From Bacteriovoracia bacterium (GTDB lineage Bacteria; Bdellovibrionota; UBA1018; CAIPTA01), in the NCBI GenBank assembly GCA_050246755.1, contig JBFWVL010000001.1:576001-640000 (forward strand): a stretch of 64,000 nucleotides of DNA, given 5' to 3'. The notes beneath the pieces are model-generated. The model worked only from the letters and a program-made list of their open reading frames with translations. It was not told the origin of the DNA and did no database searches. The position numbers and the translations under genes are program-made. Shown here one piece after another: positions 38,701 to 47,632 of this stretch (within the stretch, counting starts at the first letter, position 1; each line of letters starts with the position of its first letter).

Positions 38701-40680
38701 GTACGATTCGCCCGCTCTGACCATTGCTCCTCCGGGAGCCCACTCAAGCGTATCCAATACTTCGTTTCTCTCTTCCACTCCCCTAAACGCCGCGCCCAAC
38801 TCATCTTTGGTCTTCTGATCCGTAGTGGTGCCATTCAAAATTCCGGCGGCCACGCTATTGTCGGTAATAAGCCTCTGGCTTTCTACCCGGATAGCCTGTT
38901 CTCCTCCGGCGATTGGGTTAATCCCTCGTTCGGTGGTTTTTTGGTCCATGATGGTTTCATGCTCGCGTAAAGCCGCCATCCCTTCCGCCCGCCCTTGCTG
39001 CTCGACCGCGTCTTTCTCTAACCTCTCGATGTGGAGGTCTCTTCGCTTCGCGATTAAATCCGCTGCTTCAGAGCTATTTGCTTGGGCGAGCGCTTCATCG
39101 CTGCCGTCTTTCAATGAGTAACGCTCGCCGCGAAGAGCAGAGGCAATTGAAGCGTTGCGCTTATGTTCAAAATCTTCCGTGGATATTGTTCTTTTTTCGC
39201 CAAAATCCATCACGGCTTTACAAACGGCAGCGTTATCACAGGCCGCCTCTACGCTGGCGTTGCGTTCTTTGAGGGCCTCACTAAATATTTTTTCCTTTTC
39301 GGTCAGCGGACCGCTCTCATCCAGCTTCTTTAAGGTGCCGGTAGTTACGTCCTGGGCAAGCCCTTTTGAAAGCTCTTCAAGATTCTTCGATTTATCCTTT
39401 AAGTCTTGGGTAACCTCTTGAACTCTTTTTGCTACGCCCTCCGTACCGCCTAATTTTTCTTCATCTTCTTTCAGTTTAGCTACGGAGATTTGAGAAAGCT
39501 TATCGTTCACGTCGATAACTTGCTTTTCGGTATGTGCATCCGAATTGATATCTAACTCGCCCACTTTATCCGCGTGTAAAGCCCCCTCCTTTGCTAACTT
39601 ACTTTCCACCGTATCGGATTGGTATACATCATCAAAGATGTCTTCGGTAAGCTTGGCGGCACCGGAGCTTTTTTTCACCTGTGAAAGATCATCTCGCTTT
39701 TCTTCCTCAGAAATAGGTGGCGGCGCTTTGGCCTCGGAAACGGCGGCCGCCTTCAACTCGGAAAGCGCTTTATCTTCCCGCTTCGCAATATTCTCCGGCA
39801 CCGGATCCGAATGCGTGAGGCCGGTGAGTTTTTCCCATAGAGACTTTTTATCGGCTTCTACTTTCGGCGCCTTCTCACTAACAATCTTGGCGACTTCTTG
39901 ATTAGCTTCCTCGCTGCCGCTATCGAGCTTAATCGCCGCAAGTTTGGATTTTTTGGACTCCATGTCGGCTTTCTTCGCAAGATTTTCTTTCTCCGCCTGC
40001 CGCATCAGCTTTTCCATCGCCCGGCCCGAAGTGATTGCCTTGCCCTGCTCTTCTATAGCGCGGGGGTAGAGCTCGTCTTTTAGAACTTTATCGATGGGCT
40101 CCTTCTCTTTTTCGATTTTAGCAATCTGCCCCTGAGCCTCCTCGGCTCTCTTCTTGATTTGAGGATCGGAGTCGCTTTCCGAGCGCCTCACCAGATTTTT
40201 CATCCGCTGGAGGTATACCCGGCGCTCACGCTCGGCCTCGGTAACTTCGGAGAGGCGCTTCTTCATCGTGCCGATCGCTTTTTCGTTCTTCGCGTATTTT
40301 TCTTTCAGCGTGTCGGCGGATTTTTTTGCCACGCCGGCAGCCTTTTCATATTCTTTCGCGGCCGAATCGCAGACTTCCATCACCGACGCAATCATGGATT
40401 TAGTGTCGTTGCCGCTCTTTACGGCTTTCGAAGCCACTTCCGCTTCCTTCTCGCCGGCCTTCTTCATCAGCTTGGAATACTCTTCGTGCGCTACCTTAAT
40501 TCCCTCGCCGAGCTCCTTACAGGGCTGTTTCGAATCGGTGATTTTGTCGGTCCATTGCGAAGCGGGCACTTCGTGACGTGTGCAGGAAATCTTTACGCGT
40601 CCGATTTTAACGTCGGATTCCGCGGCGTGCGCCGGCAGCCAGAACAAGGCTGCGAAAATTATGAGTGCCGAATGAAACAT
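35746..40680 (-). CDS. Giant secreted protein (1644 aa) with coiled coil, HExxH motif and Gly/Ser-rich tail
   Basis: Uninterrupted ORF; signal peptide; K/E-rich coiled-coil N-terminus; HEAIH at 37534-37548. Confidence 0.85.
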   Translation of the reverse strand: MFHSALIIFAALFWLPAHAAESDVKIGRVKISCTRHEVPASQWTDKITDSKQPCKELGEGIKVAHEEYSKLMKKAGEKEAEVASKAVKSGNDTKSMIASVMEVCDSAAKEYEKAAGVAKKSADTLKEKYAKNEKAIGTMKKRLSEVTEAERERRVYLQRMKNLVRRSESDSDPQIKKRAEEAQGQIAKIEKEKEPIDKVLKDELYPRAIEEQGKAITSGRAMEKLMRQAEKENLAKKADMESKKSKLAAIKLDSGSEEANQEVAKIVSEKAPKVEADKKSLWEKLTGLTHSDPVPENIAKREDKALSELKAAAVSEAKAPPPISEEEKRDDLSQVKKSSGAAKLTEDIFDDVYQSDTVESKLAKEGALHADKVGELDINSDAHTEKQVIDVNDKLSQISVAKLKEDEEKLGGTEGVAKRVQEVTQDLKDKSKNLEELSKGLAQDVTTGTLKKLDESGPLTEKEKIFSEALKERNASVEAACDNAAVCKAVMDFGEKRTISTEDFEHKRNASIASALRGERYSLKDGSDEALAQANSSEAADLIAKRRDLHIERLEKDAVEQQGRAEGMAALREHETIMDQKTTERGINPIAGGEQAIRVESQRLITDNSVAAGILNGTTTDQKTKDELGAAFRGVEERNEVLDTLEWAPGGAMVRAGESYKAADRTAIQSGLLPESAIAETAKNDTAAKASKDTKMVAVNLMATGLTGGVAGTFTGGALEKIGMRGFAKESLSNSMEKLSARYADEVVSVSRVFPESSAHYIPEVSAPRVSESLAEKSTISAERATSPEINAFKSSADDSAESLAVRRHEEIPAQNGHQPPHVSEPVASLKTSGEDSVESAMLRNHDELPIKAEPYWENPAELEAQKQKVLKGYSEEPALAKFSPAERTQIESLRESISSKEVKLEAIMKEAVNSNVPLSKEVKRDVLNYSRQHAKEIEKIAKITGREGGEVIKLDAINAYGKASVPERYVYSMKAQPSRSSRPSGFAQHDTFLKQTPGYSVDFDPVRNIVYGTHGFEDTFDKVVSVRSASVDFSKRGADPVILHEAIHGRSVSNAEKGKSSPYDGYFKSEASALPVGPEGYRNFSSLQELPTYRMNAKDGLSAARDFAVLRKTGAPVPSALKSKLEFYGISPDSVGPHGNLTKDFDALKQYRDHSAAAESHLAAIQDRLMEERELAYALRRGENGELQAVFDAKDAYNNKIGEASIVVSRSEKDLSMLADTGLGAREGLRTEVMAKIESMRGAIARDVGEANAISEKISKSLVKANPESIFESAMKRAETASAKFAKKEYSRGLKQEGKSSVARLEAAGSSNVRAQAAITRTPIKAPPSLIQRAIGTTSNGINAAIKGVGKVVNEVIPSSIIRVRDVVAAALPSPLSEFVAASPAIKSDPLAGSIVRPDSSALASIPPSFPGPPTSSPVSSLTPSRAPSSVLSGNEGPAGNGSAPGSIPSGISGGPAAKGGGGSFGFGGTAPELNVAGKEGIASKPESDISGAPGNSAADTGGMKLASMKAGETGAGSVSEKQLLSSSGASKAGTLGKANGPATLATAKPTASKGAIAKMSLREKLRQQLAQFEKEHAAQGSAYGLAGGMAGYFATALVDTQPAPEYIGFTGVLQGSVSFLADPDTSLFMRIRHMHIKYLERQ

Positions 40681-40939
40681 GTAACCTTAGCAAATTTACT
40701 AAATTTAGATGCAGATAGCTATATTTCGGCATTCCGAGAAATCCCCCTTACCGCTAAGTTTACTTTTAAAGATTTTCCGGAGATCGACGGTAATTTGAGC
40801 CTTTAAACTACTTTAAGTAGGTCTATCGACGAGGAATGGGAATGGCGCTCCTGTTTCCGCGCGGATACGGGAGATCGTTACCAGGTAAAGCGGCCAAGGA
40901 TCGACGACAAAAGCCGGGCCTGCTCAAAGATATCGTCGA

Positions 40940-41725
40940 TCATTGCTTCTGCACGCAGCGAATGAGCCCCTTCACGCTGCGATAGTGATCGTGAATCTTT
41001 CCGTGCACGTCAAAAACGTAGAAGCTGTGAAGATTCGGGTCCTCTTCGAGATGGTGGCCCACTGCCTCCGACGAAGACCAATAGAACAAGAAGCCCTCTG
41101 GATCGACGCCGCTATCCACGACAGTAATTTTTGATTCCTCGCTATGCATGCCCACTAAATTAAATTTTCCGATCTGAAAATGTAGCGGCTCCCGGTAGCC
41201 GGAAGAATCGTAATAGAATTCGTCCACTCCGCCACCGGGCACTAAGGCTTTTACTTGTTCGTAGGCATCCGCATCCCGGCCCACCAGCTCGTGCGGTTCG
41301 ACGATGCCTTTCGCTCCCCGCGTCTGCCCAAGAAGGGCGAGCTCCCGGATGGTCGGCAGCTGCATTCCTCGTTTAGCGCAGGCTTTAATCGCTTCGTCCT
41401 TACCCAAGAAGGGATAGTTGCCTTGTGAGTCTCGAAGCACCACGTCTTGGAGGGGTGGCGCCTTCGGTGCAATCTGGGCGGGACCGGCTGTCAGCGCGGG
41501 TGGTGTAACGTTCGGTACGGGAACGAAAGTATCCCGCCCAGATTTTTGGCTAGCGGCGATCGGGGCCGGGATGGATTTTTCTGCTGGCTCTAAAGTTCCG
41601 GGCTCTTTCAAAGAATTCTCTATAATAACCGGCGCGGGCATCTCTTGCGGCGCACCGCGAGGCAGAAAGAAAAGAAGTAAGATTCCTACCAATACCAAGG
41701 CGCCAATCCAGCCGAATATTTTCAC
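40940..41725 (-). CDS. Membrane-anchored protein with DUF1566/C-type-lectin-like C-terminal domain
   Basis: N-terminal TM, Pro-rich linker, AC...MQLPTIREL, YWSSS, IRCV; GTG 41725 after GAGGAG. Confidence 0.6.
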   Translation of the reverse strand: MKIFGWIGALVLVGILLLFFLPRGAPQEMPAPVIIENSLKEPGTLEPAEKSIPAPIAASQKSGRDTFVPVPNVTPPALTAGPAQIAPKAPPLQDVVLRDSQGNYPFLGKDEAIKACAKRGMQLPTIRELALLGQTRGAKGIVEPHELVGRDADAYEQVKALVPGGGVDEFYYDSSGYREPLHFQIGKFNLVGMHSEESKITVVDSGVDPEGFLFYWSSSEAVGHHLEEDPNLHSFYVFDVHGKIHDHYRSVKGLIRCVQKQ

Positions 41726-41820
41726 GCTTTTCTCCTCTATTTCCGCTGAGGCAGAAATGCCGCCCGCCGCCAGGAACAAAACCTATTTTCGCTGATGCAC
41801 CGGTATGTTACCAAAGTTAA

Positions 41821-43317
41821 GTGAATATCTCCCCTTTACCCGAGAAGCCCTACCGAGCCGGGCTCAGCGTGCTGATGGATTTGCCCATTTTAGTGGCCGT
41901 AATCCTCGGCCTCTATCTGGTGGCCCGCACCAATTATCTCCTTTTCCACTCGCTGGTGGAGGCCGCCATCATCGGCGTCACTTTTTGCACCTTTGCTTTT
42001 GCCTGGAACTCTCGTTACTTCGAGCAAGGGTACCTGCTCATCATCGGCCTTTGTTGCCTGCCCGTAGCGATCTGCGAAGTGCTGCATACCCTCGCCTACC
42101 AAGGCATGAGGGTTTTTGCGGATGAAGACGGCGCGAATCTCGCACCCCAGCTTTGGCTCGCAGGGCGATTTATTTTGGCCGGCACGCTCGTGATCGCGCC
42201 GGTCTTCTGGCAACGCAAAGTTTCGGTCCCGATCGCGAGCCTGGTATTCACGCTCATTTGCTCCGCGCTCCTTTTCTCGATTTTTACCGGACATTTTCCG
42301 AGGGCCTACGTGATGGGCGAGGGCCTCACCACCTTCAAGATCTATAGCGAGTATTGCTTCGTGGGCATGATGCTGGTGGCGCTAGGCACGATGCTCTACT
42401 ACCGAAAGCGCTTCTCTCCGTCCACCGTGCGACTGCTCTGCGCTTACTATCTCTTCGAGTGCGCCACGAGCCTCACCTTCACCTCGTACTTCAAGATGTA
42501 CGATTGGTCGAACATGATGGGACACTTCTTCCTCCTGATCGCCAGCTACTTTTTCTATAAAGCGGTGGTGGAGGCCGGGGTGAGCCGCCCCTTCGACTTT
42601 CTTTTCCGTGAGCTCACGCAATCCATCCGTGCGCGCGACGAATTTCTCTCGATCGCCTCCCACGAGCTAAAAACCCCGCTCACCCCGCTGAAGATCCAGT
42701 TGCAAACCCTGCAGCGCGATTTGGGAAAAGACGGCGCGATCAGCGCGGAACGTCTCCGGAAATCCTTGGACGTTTGCAATCGCCAGATCGGGCGCCTCAC
42801 GAAACTCGTGGACAGCCTGCTCGATGTTTCTCGCATCTCCACGGGGCGCCTGGAACTGCATCCGGAATCATTCGACGTGGCCGAGCTCATCGCGGAAATC
42901 GTGGAGCGCCATGCAGACGAACAGAAGGCTTCGGGATCCAGCGTGCGCAGCGTGCTCAAGGAGGCACCGCTATTGATGCAAGCGGACCCCCTACGCGTAG
43001 ACCAAGTGATCACGAATCTCTATACCAACGCCCTAAAATACGCTCCGCATAGTCAAGTAGAGCTGGGCGCGCGCCGCGATGCCAACGCCACCGTTATCTG
43101 GGTAAGCGATTCGGGCCCGGGCGTTCCCAAAAACCAGCACCACACGATCTTTGATCGCTATGAGCGGGTGGCAGGGAATAGCGTGAGCGGAATGGGCTTG
43201 GGTCTTTATATCAGCCGGCAGATTGCCGAAGCCCACGGCGGAAAGATCAGTGTGCACAGCGAGCCAGGCGCCGGCAGCCGCTTTGAAATTCGGCTGCCGG
43301 ATTTAAAGATAATTTAA
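41821..43317 (+). CDS. MASE3-domain sensor histidine kinase
   Basis: NYLLFHSLVE, HTLAYQGM, QLWLAGR, GLTTFKIYSEY; ASHELKTP; HATPase. Confidence 0.92.
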   Translation: MNISPLPEKPYRAGLSVLMDLPILVAVILGLYLVARTNYLLFHSLVEAAIIGVTFCTFAFAWNSRYFEQGYLLIIGLCCLPVAICEVLHTLAYQGMRVFADEDGANLAPQLWLAGRFILAGTLVIAPVFWQRKVSVPIASLVFTLICSALLFSIFTGHFPRAYVMGEGLTTFKIYSEYCFVGMMLVALGTMLYYRKRFSPSTVRLLCAYYLFECATSLTFTSYFKMYDWSNMMGHFFLLIASYFFYKAVVEAGVSRPFDFLFRELTQSIRARDEFLSIASHELKTPLTPLKIQLQTLQRDLGKDGAISAERLRKSLDVCNRQIGRLTKLVDSLLDVSRISTGRLELHPESFDVAELIAEIVERHADEQKASGSSVRSVLKEAPLLMQADPLRVDQVITNLYTNALKYAPHSQVELGARRDANATVIWVSDSGPGVPKNQHHTIFDRYERVAGNSVSGMGLGLYISRQIAEAHGGKISVHSEPGAGSRFEIRLPDLKII

Positions 43318-43336
43318 TACTTTTCTCTACGAGAAA

Positions 43337-44308
43337 TTATTTGCGGTAGTCCACGCACTGTACTTCGCCGACGTCGGCCCAGCTGTCATCCCCGTAGAGC
43401 GAGCCGACTTGGCCGAATTTGGGAACATAGCTTTTATCTTTATTTACGCAAAAAGCCTGTAACCAATACTGCGGAATACCGAGATCGGCGAAGCCAGGAT
43501 GAGCCAGCTCCCCCTCCGGGCATTTCATGTTCATGCCAGGTTGAGGTCTTACCGTCATTTCCGCGCCGGCCGGGAAAGCACTCGCGCGAATACGCGTAAA
43601 CACAAGCTTCGTGAGAGGCTCACCATTTTCTTTGAAGTCGAAGAGGAAAAAATCCAGCTTCGCGTTCGTGCAACGCCTTACTCCCAGTGCGGGCAAAACA
43701 TCTTCCGCGCGCTGGATAGGTTGATTACCGAACAGCTTGCCTACGAGCTTTCTCGTGGCGATCGAATCCGTTTGCCCCGGGAGATCGCGCAAGGTTTTGT
43801 AGATCGCTTCGTGCATCATCGCCGCGGCTTTATCGGTGGGAGTGCTAAGACGTGAGTACACCGTGGCATCCACGTAGAGCTTATTCGTTCGATCATCGAA
43901 CTGCATCATGCCTTCTAACGGACAGCCTGGCTTTTGGAATGCAGGCAAGGCATCGCGCGGCGGCGTGAGCGAGACTCCCGATTGGAGCGAGATCATATTC
44001 TGAAGCACGATCTCGAGATTTTTTTGCACTTGCTCCGCAAACGCGCCATGCACCATATGCAGGCGGCCCATGGCCTTCGTTATTTGCTCGAGGTAAGAGT
44101 CCTGCGAATACACCACTTGCTCGCCATACACATGATTCGCTTCCCAGAGGTCCACCAGCTCCGCGCTCTGGATTTCTCTTTGTCCATCCCGGCAGACAAA
44201 GGCTCCGCCTCCGCCGCTACCCGCAGTGCCTTCCGCGTTTGCGGACTGCGCGCCGAAAAGCGCTAAAACCAAAAGCAGTGCCATATTTCTTCTTAGGTTC
44301 GTCTTCAT
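43337..44308 (-). CDS. Secreted hypothetical protein (GSGGGG..VC, HEAIY motif)
   Basis: Signal peptide; GAGGGG RBS; motif MMHEAIYKTLR. Confidence 0.8.
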   Translation of the reverse strand: MKTNLRRNMALLLVLALFGAQSANAEGTAGSGGGGAFVCRDGQREIQSAELVDLWEANHVYGEQVVYSQDSYLEQITKAMGRLHMVHGAFAEQVQKNLEIVLQNMISLQSGVSLTPPRDALPAFQKPGCPLEGMMQFDDRTNKLYVDATVYSRLSTPTDKAAAMMHEAIYKTLRDLPGQTDSIATRKLVGKLFGNQPIQRAEDVLPALGVRRCTNAKLDFFLFDFKENGEPLTKLVFTRIRASAFPAGAEMTVRPQPGMNMKCPEGELAHPGFADLGIPQYWLQAFCVNKDKSYVPKFGQVGSLYGDDSWADVGEVQCVDYRK

Positions 44309-44382
44309 GATTGCCCCTCGTTATTGTTGGTATAGCAACCTTCCCCCTAAGTCGAGCAGGGACCAATATAAAATATCTTTAC

Positions 44383-44413
44383 TTATTAAGTTTAAGTTAA
44401 TAATTTTATTAAC
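44383..44413. promoter_or_regulatory. AT-rich palindromic candidate operator
   Basis: GTTAATAA-tt-TTATTAAC (44396-44413) plus a third half-site TTATTAAG (44383-44390). Confidence 0.55.
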
Positions 44414-44416
44414 ATA

Positions 44417-45208
44417 ATGACGATCTATTCCCACCTAGACTACAAAGCCTTCCTCAAAGCCCATCTAGCCCGAGGCGAACAGAAACGTTTCGCGGATCAC
44501 CTCCGCTGCCAGCCGGCTTTTCTATCCCAAGTACTGCGCGGTAAACCCAATCTTTCCCTCGAGCAAGGCATCTTAGCCACTGACTATTTTCGCCTGAACC
44601 GGGCCGAGACCGAATATTTCATGGCTAGCCTGCAATACGCCCGCGCCGGCTCCGAAAAGCTTCGGGATTTTTTCCGAAAAAAAATGGATTCGCTTGCCGG
44701 CGCGAGCAAAAAAGTGGAAGCGAAGATCGGCCCATTTTCGCAGGTAGGCTCCGAAGTCAAAGCCCAGTTCTATTCTTCGTGGAAATATACGTTGCTGCAC
44801 GTTCTGCTCTCGCTTCCAGAGAAAGATCAGCTCCGTACCATCGAAAAATACACCGGCCTCTCTCGTTCGGAAATCCAGACCACGCTCACGGCCCTAGTGA
44901 AAAGCGGCGTGGCCGAAAAAAAGGGCGATTTCCTGCGCCCCACCGCCAACCGCATTCACCTCGATCGCGAAGATCCTCTGATTGGCCTGCACCACCGCAA
45001 CTTTCGCTCGCTCGCCACGCACGAGCTGGAAGACATCAAATCGGAATCCCTGCACTACTCCGCCGCCATCGCCCTCTCGCGGGCCGATGCCGAACGCATC
45101 CGCGCCCTATTCCTGGAAGCCGTATCTCAGGCCGAAAGTATTTTACGCCCTTCGCCCGAAGAAACCGTGCGGGTACTTTGCGTGGATTTTTTCGAGCCGG
45201 GGCGCTAG
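44417..45208 (+). CDS. TIGR02147/DUF4423-family putative transcriptional regulator
   Basis: DYKAFL, HTH FADHL...FLSQVLRGK.LS, FYSSW.Y, HH, C-terminal LCVDFF. Confidence 0.85.
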   Translation: MTIYSHLDYKAFLKAHLARGEQKRFADHLRCQPAFLSQVLRGKPNLSLEQGILATDYFRLNRAETEYFMASLQYARAGSEKLRDFFRKKMDSLAGASKKVEAKIGPFSQVGSEVKAQFYSSWKYTLLHVLLSLPEKDQLRTIEKYTGLSRSEIQTTLTALVKSGVAEKKGDFLRPTANRIHLDREDPLIGLHHRNFRSLATHELEDIKSESLHYSAAIALSRADAERIRALFLEAVSQAESILRPSPEETVRVLCVDFFEPGR

Positions 45209-45230
45209 GCGGCATCAACGCTTTCGGTAT

Positions 45231-45512
45231 TTAATTCGGCCGCGAGAGCGGAAGCCGGAGCACAAAGCTGGTATGCCCCTGATCAAGCTCATAACTCAGC
45301 GAGCCGCCATGTGCCTCGGCGATGCCTCGGGAGATGCTAAGCCCTAGACCGGTGCCGCGGCCAACCGGCTTTGTGGTGAAAAAAGGCTGAAACATTTTTT
45401 CATTCACCAAACTAGATACCCCGGTTCCGCTATCGGTAACGCGAATGCGTATCGCTCCCCCATCGCGGTTTAATTCCACCCTCACCCACCGTTCCGGCAG
45501 TTCATGAATCAC
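45231..45512 (-). pseudogene. Truncated histidine kinase (HATPase C-terminal fragment only)
   Basis: DSGTG, FFTTKPVGRGTGLGL, HGG present; no N-box, HisKA or sensor; in-frame TAG 10 codons upstream. Confidence 0.75.
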
Positions 45513-45557
45513 AAAGTAAATAGTGTGTGGATTTGGTGGCTACTCCATGAGCATCAA

Positions 45558-47378
45558 CTAAGGAAGCGGTACCTTCTTGAGAAGGGGGATGATCGCACCG
45601 GCGTCGTGCCAGAGATCGGTCATGGTTTCGTCGTCGTAAGCATTTTGCTGTGCCCCGATAGTCGTTACCCCTCCCGCCACGTCGGTCACGAAAGCGCCGT
45701 AGTTCTGAAGCGCGCGAAACACCTTTTGCCCGAGTGGCGAAAGCCCGGAAGGCATCGTAGTCTCATAAGGAATAGCGTAGCGTTGGCCTTCCTGAAGTAT
45801 GCCGCCAACGGCGCTGCCGTCGCTCGCGATAGCCTCACCCACGGCGCCTGCCGCCACGAGGGTGGAATCACCCCGGATATTGAGCGCGTGTTGGATTTCT
45901 CCAGCATTGGTCTCCTCCTCCACGAGAATTCCGGCTAGCTGATTAGATCCCGAGGCGGTGATACCCGCGCCCAAAAATGGCGAGGAGGTGCCCCATCCCG
46001 TGCCCGTAAATAGGTCCGAGCTTCCATACGATGAAGCGGTGGCCGTAGTCAGGCTCGTGCGCTCGAAGATCCAGAAATTGTGCACGGTGGTTCCATCGAT
46101 CACCAATAATTCACCGTCGGTGCCTGGTGCTCCATCGGCTTCGGCGGGCATACGAACGTTCAGCGTGCCGCCCGGATATCCCCAGCCTGATGGATAAGTA
46201 ACCGTCACGATAGGATCGGTGGGAGAGGAGACATAAATTGCCGCCGAATAGCTATCCCAGCTCACGCTGTAATTGTAGCCGGTGGAGGTTGGCCAGCTCA
46301 CGTTCGTATAAGTGGTATTGGCCGCGATAGGCGTGTTCCATGAGGAAGAAACGGCGAACGGTTTCTGCCCCAGGGTGAACGCGGACGAAGGAGTGAGCGT
46401 TGCATAAAAAGACCAATGCGAAGCGGTGGTCGACGGAGAGGTAGAAAACGTGGCGGGCAAGGCCCCGAAACTTCGTGAGTAGTATACTCCGCTCGAAGAG
46501 CCTCCGGTGCCGCCCGCGGTATAGAAACTATCGCTGCTCGGTAAATAGGCGATCCAGTACGTTCCCGCCTGCAGAAGCACGGGACTGATCACATTCGCCA
46601 TATTCCAGCCGGAAGTTGGCGCAAAGGAACTCGTAGTGGCCAATAATTGCCCAGGACCTCCGCTAGGCCCGGAAGCATCGTAAACTCCGAGGTAAACATT
46701 TCCGGCGGCCTGCATGGCGTAGATGGAAAGGCTGTCTAGCATAGCCGATTGCGAAAGCGTTACCGACTGGGCGATCAGTACGTTGGAGTTGTTGGTGTCT
46801 TCGTTCAGCAAAACATTCGTGTCGCCCATGGTGGCCGGCTGCGGAGTGAGAGTAGCGTAGAGCGACCAATGGTAACTAGAAGTGGATGGAGAATTAGAAA
46901 ACGTACTTGGCAAAGTTCCGAAGGACCGCGAGTAATAAACACCGCTCGAGGATCCACCGATCGTGCCGGCCGAATAGAAACCATCGTTGCTCGGAAGATA
47001 GGCGAGCCAGTACGTTCCCGCCTGAAGTAGCGTGGGCGTGGATACGTTTGCGGTATTCCAGCCTGCCACGGGAGTAAAGGATGCCGTAGTGGCCAGCAAG
47101 GCGCCGGGGCCGCCACTAGGTCCAGTAGCGTCGTAGATTCCTAGGTAGAGATTTCCTGCAGCCTCCATAGAATAAATAGAAATACTGGTGATGGTACCCG
47201 CTTGCGATAAAACTGCAGATTGCGCGATCAGCACGTTTGAATTACCGGTGTCTTCCGAGGGAAGCACTTCGGCCTCCCCTAGGAGGAAGGGCGTAGCAAA
47301 CGCTGGTTCAGACCAGCTCGTAAATGAGCCCAATATCGTGATGCCAAAAAAAAGCAGAGACAACAATTTTTGTTTCAT
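45558..47378 (-). CDS. Secreted Ser/Thr/Gly-rich protein with two tandem ~150-aa domains (DUF4082-like) and a C-terminal domain
   Basis: Signal peptide from MKQKLL; duplicated NSNVLIAQS...GPSGGPG...QAGTYW...HWS.YATLTP. Confidence 0.8.
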   Translation of the reverse strand: MKQKLLSLLFFGITILGSFTSWSEPAFATPFLLGEAEVLPSEDTGNSNVLIAQSAVLSQAGTITSISIYSMEAAGNLYLGIYDATGPSGGPGALLATTASFTPVAGWNTANVSTPTLLQAGTYWLAYLPSNDGFYSAGTIGGSSSGVYYSRSFGTLPSTFSNSPSTSSYHWSLYATLTPQPATMGDTNVLLNEDTNNSNVLIAQSVTLSQSAMLDSLSIYAMQAAGNVYLGVYDASGPSGGPGQLLATTSSFAPTSGWNMANVISPVLLQAGTYWIAYLPSSDSFYTAGGTGGSSSGVYYSRSFGALPATFSTSPSTTASHWSFYATLTPSSAFTLGQKPFAVSSSWNTPIAANTTYTNVSWPTSTGYNYSVSWDSYSAAIYVSSPTDPIVTVTYPSGWGYPGGTLNVRMPAEADGAPGTDGELLVIDGTTVHNFWIFERTSLTTATASSYGSSDLFTGTGWGTSSPFLGAGITASGSNQLAGILVEEETNAGEIQHALNIRGDSTLVAAGAVGEAIASDGSAVGGILQEGQRYAIPYETTMPSGLSPLGQKVFRALQNYGAFVTDVAGGVTTIGAQQNAYDDETMTDLWHDAGAIIPLLKKVPLP

Positions 47379-47632
47379 CTTTCCTCGTTGATTAAATGCC
47401 AGTTTTCCAAATGAACAAAATACTACTCCGCAGAAACGCTGGAAAGGAACAGAAAACGAGAATGCCGGTTGTTTTGCGAACTCCACTCGCCATTAATGAC
47501 TATAATTAGCCTGAGAAGAAATGCCGCCGTAGATCCCAAGTTGCTGGATTCGCTCGGCCACTTGGTAGCTGGCTACGCGGACCCGACGAGCACACGCCAC
47601 CGGGTTTCGGGGTGCGGCGCGAAGCACCGACC

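Noticed and set aside
40681-41100. Diversity-generating retroelement
   Set aside because: No reverse transcriptase and no template-repeat copy visible in the window
20435-43317. Shared ARDEFLSIASHELKTP segment in two kinases as a recent duplication
   Set aside because: Ordinary subfamily conservation around the phospho-His; flanking sequence diverges
44325-44352. Sigma54 promoter for the 43337-44308 gene (TTGCTA on minus strand)
   Set aside because: The -24 GG is not at the required spacing and GGCAC is absent
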